Assembly (NCBI GenBank): GCA_963845755.1
Contig: CAWJTV010000015.1
Span: 1 to 64,000 of the forward strand
Direction: 5' to 3'
Length of the DNA: 64,000 nt
Source of the DNA: an uncultured Planctomycetota bacterium
GTDB lineage: Bacteria; Planctomycetota; Planctomycetia; Isosphaerales; Isosphaeraceae
Both the position numbers and the translations under genes were made by a program. This document shows, piece after piece, positions 1 to 10,535 of the stretch (position 1 is its first letter; the number at the start of each line of letters is the position of its first letter). The notes under the pieces were generated by a model. It saw only the letters and a list, made by a program, of their open reading frames with translations, did not search any database and was not told the DNA's origin.

Positions 1-215
1 TTTTTTTGCGCCAGTCGCCGTGCGAGGGCCTTGGCGGCAATCTTGTGGGCGAGGGCGCGAATCCGGAATTCGTTGTCGCCGAAGACGTGGGCATCGTCGG
101 TGGTGGCGAGGGTGGCAGCGAGTTCGCCGATCTCGGCGTCGACGGCCTCATGGATGGCTCGGGCGAGGTCATCGATCTCGGCCTGCTTCTCGGCTGACAA
201 GGGAGCGGCTGGCAT
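1..215 (-). mobile_element. 5' part of a probable ISKra4-like transposase (runs off the window start)
   Basis: Minus-strand ATG at 215 gives MPAAPLSAEKQAEIDDLARAIHEAVDAEIGELAATLATTDDAHVFGDNEFRIRALAHKIAAKALARRLAQKK and ends in an A-run at the window edge. It resembles the short N-terminal ORF of planctomycete ISKra4-type elements. A putative element end GGTGGGCGTCTTGAAAGTTGGTGG lies at ~306-283. Confidence 0.55.
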
Positions 216-479
216 GACAGACTCCGTTTCCTGGCGCAATTCTCCTCAACAACGTCCGCAATCCCTCTTGTGTACAAAAAATCCACCAACTTTCAAGACG
301 CCCACCGCGTCGGAGGCGACTTGGAAGAAAAATGTGGCGGCGAGTTCGCTGTCCGTGTAGTTTAACAATTGTTGCCCTGAGGGCCGATTGGTTAGAATGA
401 ATCGGCCATCGCCCGGGACTCCCCCTCCCGGCCAGATCGTTGCTTCCCGCCCGGAGAACCTCGCGCTGAGGAGTTCACG

Positions 480-2114
480 ATGAGGATGCTTCGCCCGGCC
501 CTTGCGTTCGCCACCGTGCTCCTGATGGGAATGGCTGTTACTAGTGCCGCAGATCTGTTCCCCATTGATCGCCCGATCGCGGAAGCCGTCGATCATTATC
601 TGGATGAGACCATCCGCAAGGAGGGGGTCAAGGCGGCCCCTATTGCGGATGACGCGACGCTGGTACGTCGTCTCACACTGGATCTCGCCGGACGTATCCC
701 GTCCGCTGCCGAGTCGCGCGCTTACCTGGAATCGACCGACCCCGAGAAGAGGTCCCGGCTGGTCGATCGACTGATGGCGTCGCAAGGGTTCGTCCGGCAT
801 CAGGTGACCGAACTCGACGCCATGCTCATGGCCGGGAGCAAGGGGAACCTTCGCGAGTACCTGACGCGAGCCGTCGGCACGAACCTCGCCTGGGACCAGA
901 TCTTCCGCGAGCTGATGCTCCCCGACCAGACCGACAAGACCCAGAAAGCCGCCGTCGAATTCCTCCGCGGGCGCGTCAAGGACGTCAACCGACTCACGGC
1001 CGAGGTCAGCTCCACGTTCTTCGGGGTAAACATCAGTTGTGCCCAGTGCCACGACCATCCGCTGGTCCTCGACTGGAAACAAGACCACTTCTACGGGATG
1101 AAGGCATTCCTGGACCGCACTTACGTGACGGGCAACGGAAATAATGGCTTCCTGGCTGAGCGCGGGTCGGGAACAGTCAAGTTCAAGACGACCGAGGGTG
1201 TCGAGCGCCAGGCCCGGATGATGTTCTTGACCGGCCATAAGGTGGAGGACGCTGGGGCGAAAGACCTGTCTCCGGACGAGCTTAAGAAAGAGAAAGAGGG
1301 GCTCCAGCAGTCGAAGAAGGCGAAGACGCCTCCGCCGCCGCCGAAGTTCAGCGCCCGAGCCAAGCTGGTGGAACTGGCACTCCAGCCGGGAGACCGGGAC
1401 TTCTTCGCGCGGTCGATCGTCAACCGCGTCTGGCACCGGCTCTTCGGCCGCGGACTCGTGATGCCGCTCGACCAGATGCATTCGGCAAACCCGCCTAGTC
1501 ACCCCGATCTGCTCGGCTGGTTGGCGCGCGATACCATCGAGCACAAGTATGATCTCCGCCGATTGATCCGCGGCCTCGTACTGAGCCGTGCCTATGCCCG
1601 CGATACTCGCTGGGACGGCGAGGAGCCGCCTCGCCCGTCACTGTTCGCCGTGGCCATTGTCCGGCCGCTTACACCGATGCAACTGGCCTGCTCGCTCCGT
1701 TTGGCGACCGCCGACCCGGCCAGCCTCTCGGCAGATCTGAACCCTGCGGAGTTGGAGAAGCGGCTCCTGGCGCTGGAAGAAGGAGCTCGAGCGATGGGCG
1801 CGGTGCTGCTCGCGTCATCAGGCGATTCCCAGATCGGCGTGGCCGAGGCCCTGTTCTTCAGCAATGGGAAACGCATCCCGAAGGATCTCCTTTCCGACGG
1901 CGAGGGCCATCTGGTCAGCCGCCTGAAACAGATCGCCGAGCCTGCCGAGCAGATCGAGCTGGCCGTCCGCAACGTACTCTCGCGCACGCCCGACGACGAA
2001 GATCGGCGGTTGCTCGGCGCGTACCTCACGGAGCGCACCGACCGCCCCGAGGACGCGTGCCGTCAGGTCGTCTGGGCTTTGTTGACGTGTGCCGAATTCC
2101 GCTTCAATCATTGA
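480..2114 (+). CDS. DUF1549/DUF1553 (PSCyt2/PSD1) domain secreted protein
   Basis: Signal peptide; LVRRLTLDLAGRIPS, CAQCHDHP, IVNRVWHRLFGRGLV, NPPSHPDLL and C-terminal WALLTCAEFRFNH motifs. Confidence 0.92.
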   Translation: MRMLRPALAFATVLLMGMAVTSAADLFPIDRPIAEAVDHYLDETIRKEGVKAAPIADDATLVRRLTLDLAGRIPSAAESRAYLESTDPEKRSRLVDRLMASQGFVRHQVTELDAMLMAGSKGNLREYLTRAVGTNLAWDQIFRELMLPDQTDKTQKAAVEFLRGRVKDVNRLTAEVSSTFFGVNISCAQCHDHPLVLDWKQDHFYGMKAFLDRTYVTGNGNNGFLAERGSGTVKFKTTEGVERQARMMFLTGHKVEDAGAKDLSPDELKKEKEGLQQSKKAKTPPPPPKFSARAKLVELALQPGDRDFFARSIVNRVWHRLFGRGLVMPLDQMHSANPPSHPDLLGWLARDTIEHKYDLRRLIRGLVLSRAYARDTRWDGEEPPRPSLFAVAIVRPLTPMQLACSLRLATADPASLSADLNPAELEKRLLALEEGARAMGAVLLASSGDSQIGVAEALFFSNGKRIPKDLLSDGEGHLVSRLKQIAEPAEQIELAVRNVLSRTPDDEDRRLLGAYLTERTDRPEDACRQVVWALLTCAEFRFNH

Positions 2115-2174
2115 TCCATCGGACCCTACCCATCCGACCTGACTCGACGGTCGGGACACGCCGGAGCGCAACCC

Positions 2175-3492
2175 ATGGCCGAGATCCGTCGCTCGTCGTT
2201 CTGCGGCTCACCGGACCATTCTCTCAACCGTCGCGGCTTTCTGGGCAATCTTGCCCTCGGCGCCACGGCGTTCGCGGCCGACATGACCGCCCTCAACGTC
2301 CTCACCTCGCCGGTGCTGGCCGACGAGCTGAAGCGGAATCAGAAGCATGTCATTCTGCTCTGGCTAGCGGGCGGGTCGAGCCAGCTCGAGACCTGGGACC
2401 CCAAGCCGGGCGCACCCACCGGCGGCCCGTTTCGCTCCATCCCGACTTCGGTCCCGGGAATCCATATCTCCGAACTGATGCCGAGGATGGCGGCGCGGAT
2501 GCACAACACGTGCATCATCCGCTCGCTCAACACCAAGAACGGCGACCACGCTGGTGGGGCGCGGCTGATGATGCAGGGACGACGCGACGACCCGAGCGTC
2601 CGGTATCCCGACCTGGGCGCGGTCCTGGCCCGCGAGCTGGGTCAGGCCCATAGCCGCGTGCCCGACTACGTCACCTTCTATTCGGCTACCGAGGGCCGTG
2701 GTATGGCGCCCGGCACGAGCGGGTTCCTCGGCGAGCGTTATGCCCCGATGGCTCTGACGACCAGCATGACCCCCGATAACCTCCGCCGACTTGACGAGAT
2801 CACCGACCTCGACCATATCCACCGCGCCGAACTTCGCGACTTGCTGAGCAGGCGGTTCACTCGCGGGCGGATGTCCTCGAGCCGCCCTGGGCAGCCACAA
2901 TGTGGCTTACGAGCGCGTTCGCGGCTTGATGGCCAGCGAGACGTTGTTCGACATCACGCGTGAACCTCAGAAGGTCCGGGAGCGCTACGGTCCCACCCAG
3001 TTCGGCGAGCAAGCCTTGGTCGCTCGCCGGCTGATCGAGGCCGGCGTTCCGTTCGTGCGGGTGGCCCGGGCATGGTGGGATAGTCACGGGCAGAATTTCG
3101 AGACCCATCAAGAGCTCGTCCCCGAGCTGGATCACGTGATGTCGGCGCTTCTCGACGACCTGAATTGCCGGGGGTTGCTCGAGAAAACCCTGGTCATCAC
3201 ACTCGCCGAGTTCGGCCGCACACCCGAGATCAACCCGAGCCTTGGCCGCGACCACTTCGCCTCCGCCTGGAGTGCGACGCTCTCGGGCGCCGGGGTCCGC
3301 GGCGGCTCGGTATTCGGCAAGACCGACACGAACGGCCGGAAGGTCCTCGACGGCGAGATCGGCCCCGCGGAGCTGTTCGCCACCATTTACCGCGCGCTGG
3401 GAATCGACCACCAGAAACACTACATGGTCGGTGTGCGCCCCGTGCCGCTCACCGAACCCGGCACCGAGCCCGTTCAGGCCGTGCTTGCCTGA
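2175..3492 (+). CDS. DUF1501 domain protein (Tat-exported), frameshift near 2880
   Basis: NRRGFL Tat motif, LWLAGGSSQLETWDPKP in ORF 2175-2963, continuing as WDSH, EFGRTP, GRDHF in ORF 2902-3492. Confidence 0.9.
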
Positions 3493-3546
3493 GAATCCGG
3501 ATTCTTCATCGCAACGCCGAAATTCGAACGATCTGAGGTCCCGACC

Positions 3547-4551
3547 ATGTACGGCTCAAGTCCGGAGAAGGTCAAAGTCGTCAAGCCATTATCCCGCACG
3601 GAGATCGTCTTCGGCCTGGCGAGAAAGCCGCACACCGGCCATATCTTCTTCGGCGGGTCGGACTTCGCGGTCTGGGACCTCGACCTGGACAAGGAGAAGT
3701 TGGAGCCGAAGGAGCTGGGCCGTCATCAGAGCTATGTGACCAGCCTGGCGCTGGCCGGGACGACCCTCATCTCCGGGGGGTACGACGGCCGGCTGATCTG
3801 GTGGAATACCGAATCCGGATCGCATGTCCGCGCGGTCGCCGCCCATTCGAAGTGGATACGCTGCGTGAAGGCCACGCCCGACGGGAACATCCTGGCCAGC
3901 GTCGCCGATGACATGATCTGCCGGCTCTGGGACGTCGCCTCGGGGCGCATGATTCGCGAGCTGCGCGGCCATGCGGAGATGACCCCGCACGACTTCCCCT
4001 CGATGCTGTATGCGAGTGCCATTTCCTCGGATGGCCGCCTACTAGCCACCGGCGACAAGGTCGGCCAAGTCAACATCTGGGACATCGAATCCGGACGGAG
4101 TCTCGCCACGCTTGAGGCCCCCGTGTTGTACACCTGGGACCCGGTCCAGCGGCGGCACTCGATCGGCGGAATCCGAGCGCTGGCCTTCTCGCCCGACGGG
4201 TCGCGGCTCGCCGTGGGCGGCATCGGCAAGATCGGCAACATCGACCACCTGGAAGGCCGGCCCCGCGTCGAGTTGTTCAACTGGCAAAAAGGCGAGCGGA
4301 TCTGTGAGTTCTCCGGCGAGGGCAAGGGTTTGGTGGAACGCCTGGAGTTCCATCCTCGGGGTGACTGGCTACTCGCGGCCGGCGGCTACAGCGACGGATT
4401 CCTCCTTGTCTGCGACCCGGCCGCCAAGAAAGTCCTCGCTCAGATCAAAGTACCGATGTACGTCCACGACTTCGAGCTGAACGAAGGCAGTGACCGGGTC
4501 TACGCCGTCGGTCACCACAAGATCGCGATCTTCGAATTGAGCAACGGATAA
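3547..4551 (+). CDS. WD40 repeat protein
   Basis: Repeated GH...WD units (GRHQSYVTSL, AHSKWIRC, LRGHAEM); typical third gene of DUF1553/DUF1501 operons. Confidence 0.88.
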   Translation: MYGSSPEKVKVVKPLSRTEIVFGLARKPHTGHIFFGGSDFAVWDLDLDKEKLEPKELGRHQSYVTSLALAGTTLISGGYDGRLIWWNTESGSHVRAVAAHSKWIRCVKATPDGNILASVADDMICRLWDVASGRMIRELRGHAEMTPHDFPSMLYASAISSDGRLLATGDKVGQVNIWDIESGRSLATLEAPVLYTWDPVQRRHSIGGIRALAFSPDGSRLAVGGIGKIGNIDHLEGRPRVELFNWQKGERICEFSGEGKGLVERLEFHPRGDWLLAAGGYSDGFLLVCDPAAKKVLAQIKVPMYVHDFELNEGSDRVYAVGHHKIAIFELSNG

Positions 4552-5006
4552 GTGAGACCGACAGTGGAAGGTGAGGGCGTTCTCCGTGTTCCGGGATCCC
4601 CGGAGAGTTCGCGTTTGTTCCCGCACTGGAATCGCAGTAGGCGGAGCTCCGCGACTTACACCCAGTCCTCCCGAGCGACCTCTCGGACGCTTGGGTTCAG
4701 CCTCCGATTCACGGGGGCGGCTGGACGATGTTCGGGCTGTACGCGGTCGGACCGGAGATTCCTGCCGCGTGTGCATGATGTCCCAGCACCGCGCGGCGAT
4801 CCTCCAGATTCCGGGGTTATCGTAGAAGATGACGTCCGTGTGAGCGACAGGGAGACCGCCTGAGCCGTTCGACTCGCGCGCATCAAGGCGCGTGTCTGTC
4901 GTCTGCGCCGACCCGAGCGTGAAGCGCTCGAGAGCCGTCCGCCTGAGAACAGGTGGAATAACAGGTGAGCGCCTATCGAGAAAGGGTGGAATGACTCCGC
5001 AAAGCA

Positions 5007-5066
5007 TTGTGGCTTAGGGAGTTGCGTCAAGAGGGCGCGCGATTGACGCAACTCGTTAAGCCACAA
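5007..5066. repeat. 24-bp imperfect inverted repeat with 12-bp spacer
   Basis: TTGTGGCTTAGGGAGTTGCGTCAA (5007-5030) versus TTGACGCAACTCGTTAAGCCACAA (5043-5066), 22/24 complementary. Confidence 0.8.
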
Positions 5067-5538
5067 GAGTTTCGAGCCGAATGCTGCAAGACCAGTGACG
5101 GTACGGATTTCAACCTCACACGCGATCTTGCTTCTGGCGATCGTAACTCAAACAGGTACCGACGAGAGGAAGTGCAAGATGGTCGCAGGATCGATGGCAT
5201 GGGCGTGATTACACCGGCCTGAGAGGCCCGATCTCGGAATTGGACCTGCCTACGATCCGCAGCCGCCTTGCGCGGGGCAGTTTGAACCGGGCCCGGCGAG
5301 GTGAGGGATTCCTACTGGGCGGATCGGTCCGCGCGCTGGCTCGTAAGGGGCCGCGAGCCCGGTTTCAGGACTAGCGAGATCCACGAGATTCGAGCCGATT
5401 CGATGACGGAACTGCTGAGATCGTTGGCGGCGGGCGAGCGTGTTTCCGAACGGACCACGATCTGGGCGTGCTTGCAGGGCAACTCACAAATCTGTCGCGG
5501 CTTCAGTTCGTCATCCGAGGGATGGTTGTGAGGTTCAC

Positions 5539-6303
5539 TTAACGAGGGCTTGGGCCGGATTTCGCCGGATCGTCGTGGAGCGGACTGGCGTCCCAGACCT
5601 TCGCCGTCCCGTCGTCACTCGCGGTCACGACCCGCGAGCCGTCCGGGCTGAACGACGCCGTACTGACATCCTCGATGTGCCCCTTGAGCGTGAGCAGTTC
5701 ATGATGGCAGAGGCGATAGATGTATCGCCATTTCCAGCCGCGGAGGTCGGCCCGAGTGCTGTCGAGCAAGGCCAGCGCGGCGGGGATGTTGGCCTGCTGC
5801 GACTCCTCGAGGTCCTTCGTCTCCGCAATGCGATCCGAGTCGGCCTGACCCCGGGCCTGTTCCGCGGCCCGCCCCTGCCAGACGGCCGCACCTCCCAGGC
5901 CGCCGAGCAACACCGCCAGCATCCCGAGCAGAAAAACAGCGGCCAGCGTCGGCTTCCGCTGGGCCCACTTGGCCACCCGCTCGACCACCCCGGCCGGACG
6001 CACACTCACCGGCTGGCCGGCCGCGAACCGGCCAAGGTCAACCGCCAGCGCCCCCGCCGTCGGATACCGCTGGGCCGGGCCCTTCCCGAGACATTTCAGG
6101 CAGATCAGCTCCAGGTCGCGGGGGGCGAAGGGGTTGGACTTCTAAGGAGGTGAGGGCGGGGACGAGCGTACTTGCTCGAGCGTCTCCGCGACCGAGTCGT
6201 TTCCAATCGGGGCGTTTCCGGTCAGGAGGGCGTAGACGATCGCACCGAGGCCGTAAACGTCGCTCGAGATCGTCACGGCCCCGCGGCGCCCGGACGCTTG
6301 TCC
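5539..6303 (-). pseudogene. Remnant of a Ser/Thr kinase-WD40 gene
   Basis: QASGRRGAVTISSDVYGLGAIVYALLTG (kinase subdomains VIII-IX), DLELICLKCL region, a TM helix and one WD40 unit (TLKGH...AKVWD). The 5' end is missing and the reading frame is broken. Confidence 0.8.
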
Positions 6304-6442
6304 TAGGTCCACGCAATCGGGAAAGTGGGGATCGGCGGACGGAGCCACTTCCTCCAAGAAAACCGGCGGGTCCATGTCCTTGTAGGAGCCGACTCCGTCC
6401 GGCGACATTCGGCTTCTCTTTCCCCTTGGCGTGGACCGATTT
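6304..6442. repeat. 139-bp palindromic REP-doublet/MITE-like element, copy 1
   Basis: Outer arms GGTCCACGC...GCGTGGACC and an inner inverted pair containing TGTAGGAGCCGACTCCGTCCGGCGA; about 10 mismatches to the copy at 33638-33776. Confidence 0.85.
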
Positions 6443-6743
6443 AGTATCCTCCGACGGGCCTGTATTCCCCTTCGGAGGATGGAGGCCGGGGGATGGGGAA
6501 ATAGGCGGTAAGTCGTCTGCCGAGGAACTCCCGGTCTCGGATCCCTTCGGCGGCAGCGATTGCTTCGGACTGCCGGCTCATGTCTACCCATCCAAATCCT
6601 TTGCCGCGGCCTGATGAGGCGTCCTTACAAACCTCTACGCCCACCACGCTACCGAAGGGGAGAGCCAACCGTTTTAGGTCCTCGCCAGTGATTTCGTCGT
6701 AGGGCAGGTTACCGATATATAGTCTCCAGCGTTCGTCGGTCAT
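6441..6743 (-). CDS. RRM (RNP-1) RNA-binding protein
   Basis: RNP2 LYIGNL and RNP1 RGKGFGWVDM; GGAGAGG RBS before the ATG at 6743. Confidence 0.85.
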   Translation of the reverse strand: MTDERWRLYIGNLPYDEITGEDLKRLALPFGSVVGVEVCKDASSGRGKGFGWVDMSRQSEAIAAAEGIRDREFLGRRLTAYFPIPRPPSSEGEYRPVGGY

Positions 6744-6996
6744 GTCCTCTCCCGAGATCTGCGGAAATGGATCCGACGAATCGGTCCGCGCCGAGCCGAT
6801 CCGGCCGACACCCTCGCCTTGCCGTTGCCGGACCGATCCAGTATGCCAGGCCCGACGTCCTCCGTGAAGGGTTCGGCGTGACTGTTTCGGGCTTCGGGCG
6901 GCTTTCTTGATCTCCTGATCAACGACCGTGACCGTCACTGTACCCTGGAACCAACCCCGCATCCTCCTCGGCGCGGGTCCCCGGGGAGATCCTCGC

Positions 6997-7224
6997 ATGC
7001 CTACCGCGTACAAGGTGGTTTCCCCCGATGGCGTACCCCTCGGCGACGCGGAATCCATCGATGGGGTCGTCGAAGTCGTAAAGCGTGCGGCTCCGGGGCG
7101 CTACGTGATCCAGAGGGTCTCGGTCGATCCCGCCACGGGCGATCCACAGTTCTGGGACTGGGGAGCGATCACCAAGTCTCGCAAAGGGAAGATCACTCTG
7201 GATCTTCCGCCGTGGATGGACTGA
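6997..7224 (+). CDS. Small hypothetical protein
   Basis: GGAG RBS; 75-aa ORF with protein-like composition (MPTAYKVVSPDG...PGRYVIQRV...DLPPWMD). Confidence 0.6.
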   Translation: MPTAYKVVSPDGVPLGDAESIDGVVEVVKRAAPGRYVIQRVSVDPATGDPQFWDWGAITKSRKGKITLDLPPWMD

Positions 7225-7275
7225 CACAGTCCGATCGGGTCGTTGGGAATCCGATCGGCAGAAATGACCGGACGC

Positions 7276-7524
7276 TCACCACCGAGGCTTCCGGGGCTCG
7301 AGGGCGTCACGGACCGCCAACTTGACGACCTCGGGATGGATCCCCGGGCCGACCCGTCGCAACACTTCCTTCTCGATCGCGTCGGGTTGACCACCGATCT
7401 GGGCAGCGAAGTCCCTGCCCCAGCCGTGGTCGAATGTAGCCATCTCCGCCAGGCGGGCGGCTTCTCCATAGGCGATACGATAGCCGAGGCGCAACTGGGG
7501 ATCTTCGGGGAGTTCTCGCAGCAT
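7276..7524 (-). CDS. Small hypothetical protein (start uncertain)
   Basis: Protein-like ORF ending VKLAVRDALEPRKPRW. Confidence 0.4.
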   Translation of the reverse strand: MLRELPEDPQLRLGYRIAYGEAARLAEMATFDHGWGRDFAAQIGGQPDAIEKEVLRRVGPGIHPEVVKLAVRDALEPRKPRW

Positions 7525-7624
7525 CTCCTTATCATCGGCCCGGGAAAGCGATGGGGTCAAGCGTACACCGGTTGCAGAGTTGCTGTCTGTTCCATAATGC
7601 CGATTTGTAGGTAGAAAGCGGATG

Positions 7625-7830
7625 TGAACCAAACCCAATCCCAACGACGTGACCGATGCCCAGTGGGCTTCTCTCGAGCCGCTGCTTCCTCCCGCCTCGA
7701 AATAGGGGCGGGCCCGCAAGACCAGGCTCGTTGACAATATCGATGCGATCCTCTACCGGAACCGCAACGGCTGTACCAGGCGGGCGTTGCCGCTTGACTT
7801 TCCGACCTGGAGGACGGTCTACAAGTCCTT
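7625..7830 (+). pseudogene. Degenerate IS5-family transposase N-terminus
   Basis: Translates as PNDVTDAQWASLEPLLPPASK*GRARKTRLVDNIDAILYRNRNGCTRRALPLDFPTWRTVYK, a decayed version of the YPSDLTD-EW...GCxWRxLPxDFPxWxTVY motif. Confidence 0.75.
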
Positions 7831-7873
7831 GACAGCGAGGCTGACGGAAAAGTTTCCTAAACGCATGCTCAGA

Positions 7874-7965
7874 GGGTGTCCCGCGTGTAGTTGAAATGTG
7901 GGGAGCTCCCGCGGACATTTTCACGCGACGCCGAGTCGATATCCAGTCCCTTGTTCTCGGACCGA
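7874..7965 (-). mobile_element. Isolated right end of an IS256-like element
   Basis: GGGTGTCCCGcgtgTAGTTGAAAtGTG is the inverse of the IS256 end at 18849. Adjacent 7921-7965 resembles the transposase 3' end at ~17657-17700. Confidence 0.6.
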
Positions 7966-8223
7966 GGAAGCCAGGCTCTTCATCAGAGTCCGTATCCCGC
8001 GATGGGTTTCCAGTCAGCGGTGGTGGGATGGCACCGCCCCGCGTTCATCGGACAGTATGACGAGCGAGATCCGACTCGGGTCCCCTTACTGGAGCCACGG
8101 CGCGCAGAGGGATTCCGACCCATCCGTCCCTGGACGCGCCCGAGGAGGGCTTCGACCTCCGCCCCGAGCGCCTGCCAGGCCGTCCGCTCGCCTCGACCCC
8201 GTTCGACCTCGAGTCCCGCGGTC

Positions 8224-8814
8224 TCAGGGTTCGTTCCTGGTCCCATCGGTGGGCTTCGCCAGCCTGGTCCGCCATTCGGCGGCCCTGTCCTTCTTGCCCC
8301 ATTCCTCGTAAAGCCGGATGACGCGTTCGGCGCCCTCCGCGAGGCGCGGCCGGTCGGGCGGGGGGATCCTGGCCTCGCGGGCCTTCATGCCCTCGTAGCC
8401 CGCGACGATTAGCGGCTCGGCCTCGGCGTATTTCTTCTGGCCTAGCAGGCTGCCGCCGAGCAGGCTGCGGGTGTTGAAGGTGGTCCACCCGTCGGGCTGA
8501 CTCTTCTCGCGGATGGCCAGGCACTCGCGCAGGATGGCCTCGGCCTCGGCCCACTTGGCTTGCTGGATGAGGCTCAGGCCCAGGGGGCCAGGATACCGGC
8601 AGTGCGGGGGTCGGCGGGCCCGAATCGCCGGCGGGATGGTTCCAGCGCGGCCCGGAACAGCGGCTCGGCCCTGGCACCGCGGCCGGACTGGTAGAGCAGA
8701 TTGGCCAGATTGAGCGTCAAGTCGAGGGTCATGTCGCCGTCCGGCCCGTGCCGCCTTCCGGGAGCCCTCGAGCGCCTGGCGGAACAGCGGCTGCGAGCCA
8801 CCTGGCGTGATCAA
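8224..8814 (-). pseudogene. C-terminal TPR fragment of a kinase-TPR protein
   Basis: AEAEAILRECLAIREKSQPDGWTTFNTRSLLGGSLLGQKKYAEAEPL...GYEGMKARE; frameshifted, no N-terminus. Confidence 0.75.
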
Positions 8815-8859
8815 TGGGGCTCTGCACCTTCCCGTGGGTTCTGTTGTCTCTGCTGACCA

Positions 8860-8980
8860 CTAGTGGGTCATTCGGCTTGCCTGTCGCCATAACGCTGTCG
8901 TTTTGACGCCGGAAAACACGGCCTGACCCTTCGGTAGACGACTTCGGGAATGGCCACGAGCAACCCGAATGACCCACTAG
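8860..8980. mobile_element. 121-bp CTAG-bounded MITE-like element
   Basis: 31-bp terminal inverted repeats starting CTAGTGGGTCATTCGG (27/31 match). Confidence 0.8.
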
Positions 8981-9075
8981 TAGGCCCCGCACAGCTCAGC
9001 CAGCGCGGCCCGCGCCTCGGGCGCAGTGGAGTTGACCGCGTGAGCTACCCGGCTCCAGTGGGTCGTGGGAAGGCC
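8981..9075 (-). pseudogene. N-terminal fragment of an ECF sigma factor
   Basis: F(P)TTHWSRVAHAVNSTAPEARAALAELCGAY* aligns with the start of the intact sigma at 15146-15886 (FPTTRWSQVVAAG...AREALAALCSAYW) and ends at the MITE. Confidence 0.75.
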
Positions 9076-9764
9076 AGCAGTGGGGGGCGACTCGTTCAAA
9101 TCGCAGACTCCTCGAGGCGATCAACTCATGGGTCGACTGCGGCCGCTCCGGGTCGCCATCACGCACCAACCGTGACTCAGGCTCTTCGCAGCCTGAGTCG
9201 TTGACCCCGGACCCGCCTGCAGCCAGTGGGGCGGGGTTCTCGCCGACAGGACATCCGCGGACGTTGCAGTCCTTAACGCCGACGGGAAAGGTCCTGGCAG
9301 TGGCGTTCCGTGATGTTACCACACACGGCTGAAACTATCTCCCGAACAGTGAAGAATCCGGCTCGCCGCGCCCCCCTCGTCGGAAACCTCAAGGGTGGTT
9401 TGCAACTCGCCGAGGTGGGGGAAGGTGGCAATCCTCGCGGCCGGCCCGGCACCCGGGACACCTTCTCATCGAACTCGAGCTGGAACAGCACCCAGTGATT
9501 CCCGGAGCCCTGGTTATTCAGCAAGTAAACGTGACCGGATTGCGGCACGACGTTACGGGGGCTGGTGAACTTCGCCGAGGTTGGGTCAACTCCGAGTCAG
9601 TCCTTGAGCTTGCCAGGACCCAGGTCGGCGATAGTGCACGGCATTGAGGCGGTATCGAAAACGACCTGTCCGGGGTTGCCCGCAGCTCCCGGACGGAGGT
9701 CGTTTCCTGGGCAGAGACCGATGACGGCGTGACGCGGGAGGCCCATCGGGTACCGGTGACGCGG

Positions 9765-10529
9765 TCATTTCCGTTTGGGCGCTGCCGGGACGGCGGGGGC
9801 TGCGTCGAACTTGATCGAAGCCTTGGCTTCCTTGTAAGCCAGCCAGAGGATCAGGTGGTCGAAGTTGGCACCGCCGGTCAGCGGGTTTTGCTCGTCGGCC
9901 GGGAGCGGGTTCATCTTGGCGGCGAACTCGATCGCGAGCTTTCTGGCCTCGTCGGATTTCCCTTGTCGGAAGAGGCTCATCGCCCGGTAGAATGCCGAAG
10001 TGCCCGTCAAGAGAGGATTATTCGGGGCGGCCCCCGCGGCGGCGAGCAGGGCCTCATCGGCGGCGGCATCATTGCCGCTGCGGTATTCGGCCATGCCGAG
10101 GGCCAGCAAGGACCACGGTCCCTGCGCCTCACCCTCAAGGTCCTTCGCCCCGGCGCGACCCAGAGCGAGCACCGCCTCGAGTTCCGCCTTGTCGGTAGAT
10201 GGTAGGATACTGCACGCCTTCGCGGCGTCTTCGGCCGCCCACCAGTAGTTGGTGCCCTCGGCGAACGTGAGTATCCACTGCCGCGTAGTGGCGAGTTCCT
10301 TCTCCTGCCCGAACCACGCCTGGAGGGCGGCAACCTTCAGAGAAAGTGCTGTGTCGTTGAGATTGGCTTCGGACGCCGTCAGCAGCAGCGGGACCGCCTT
10401 GCCCGTGAGGCCCTGGTTGATGTACGACTGGGCCAGGTCTTGCGGTGCGTATAGGGGGTTCACGGCCGCGGCGGTGAGGTTTGGGTCCGGCTCGGGAGCC
10501 TTCGCCGGCATCGGACTCGCGGCAGGCAC
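9765..10529 (-). CDS. Orphan C-terminal helical/TPR-like module of kinase-TPR type
   Basis: LKVAALQAWFGQ...LALGMAEYRSG...FYRAMSLFRQGK...LILWLAYKEAKA; in frame with the upstream ORF across a TAG. Confidence 0.65.
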   Translation of the reverse strand: MPAASPMPAKAPEPDPNLTAAAVNPLYAPQDLAQSYINQGLTGKAVPLLLTASEANLNDTALSLKVAALQAWFGQEKELATTRQWILTFAEGTNYWWAAEDAAKACSILPSTDKAELEAVLALGRAGAKDLEGEAQGPWSLLALGMAEYRSGNDAAADEALLAAAGAAPNNPLLTGTSAFYRAMSLFRQGKSDEARKLAIEFAAKMNPLPADEQNPLTGGANFDHLILWLAYKEAKASIKFDAAPAVPAAPKRK

Positions 10530-10535
10530 GGCCTT

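Noticed and set aside
9100..9560. Riboswitch-like hairpins and a short ORF (9273-9548)
   Set aside because: No complete riboswitch consensus; the ORF has only a short protein-like stretch and cannot be assigned.
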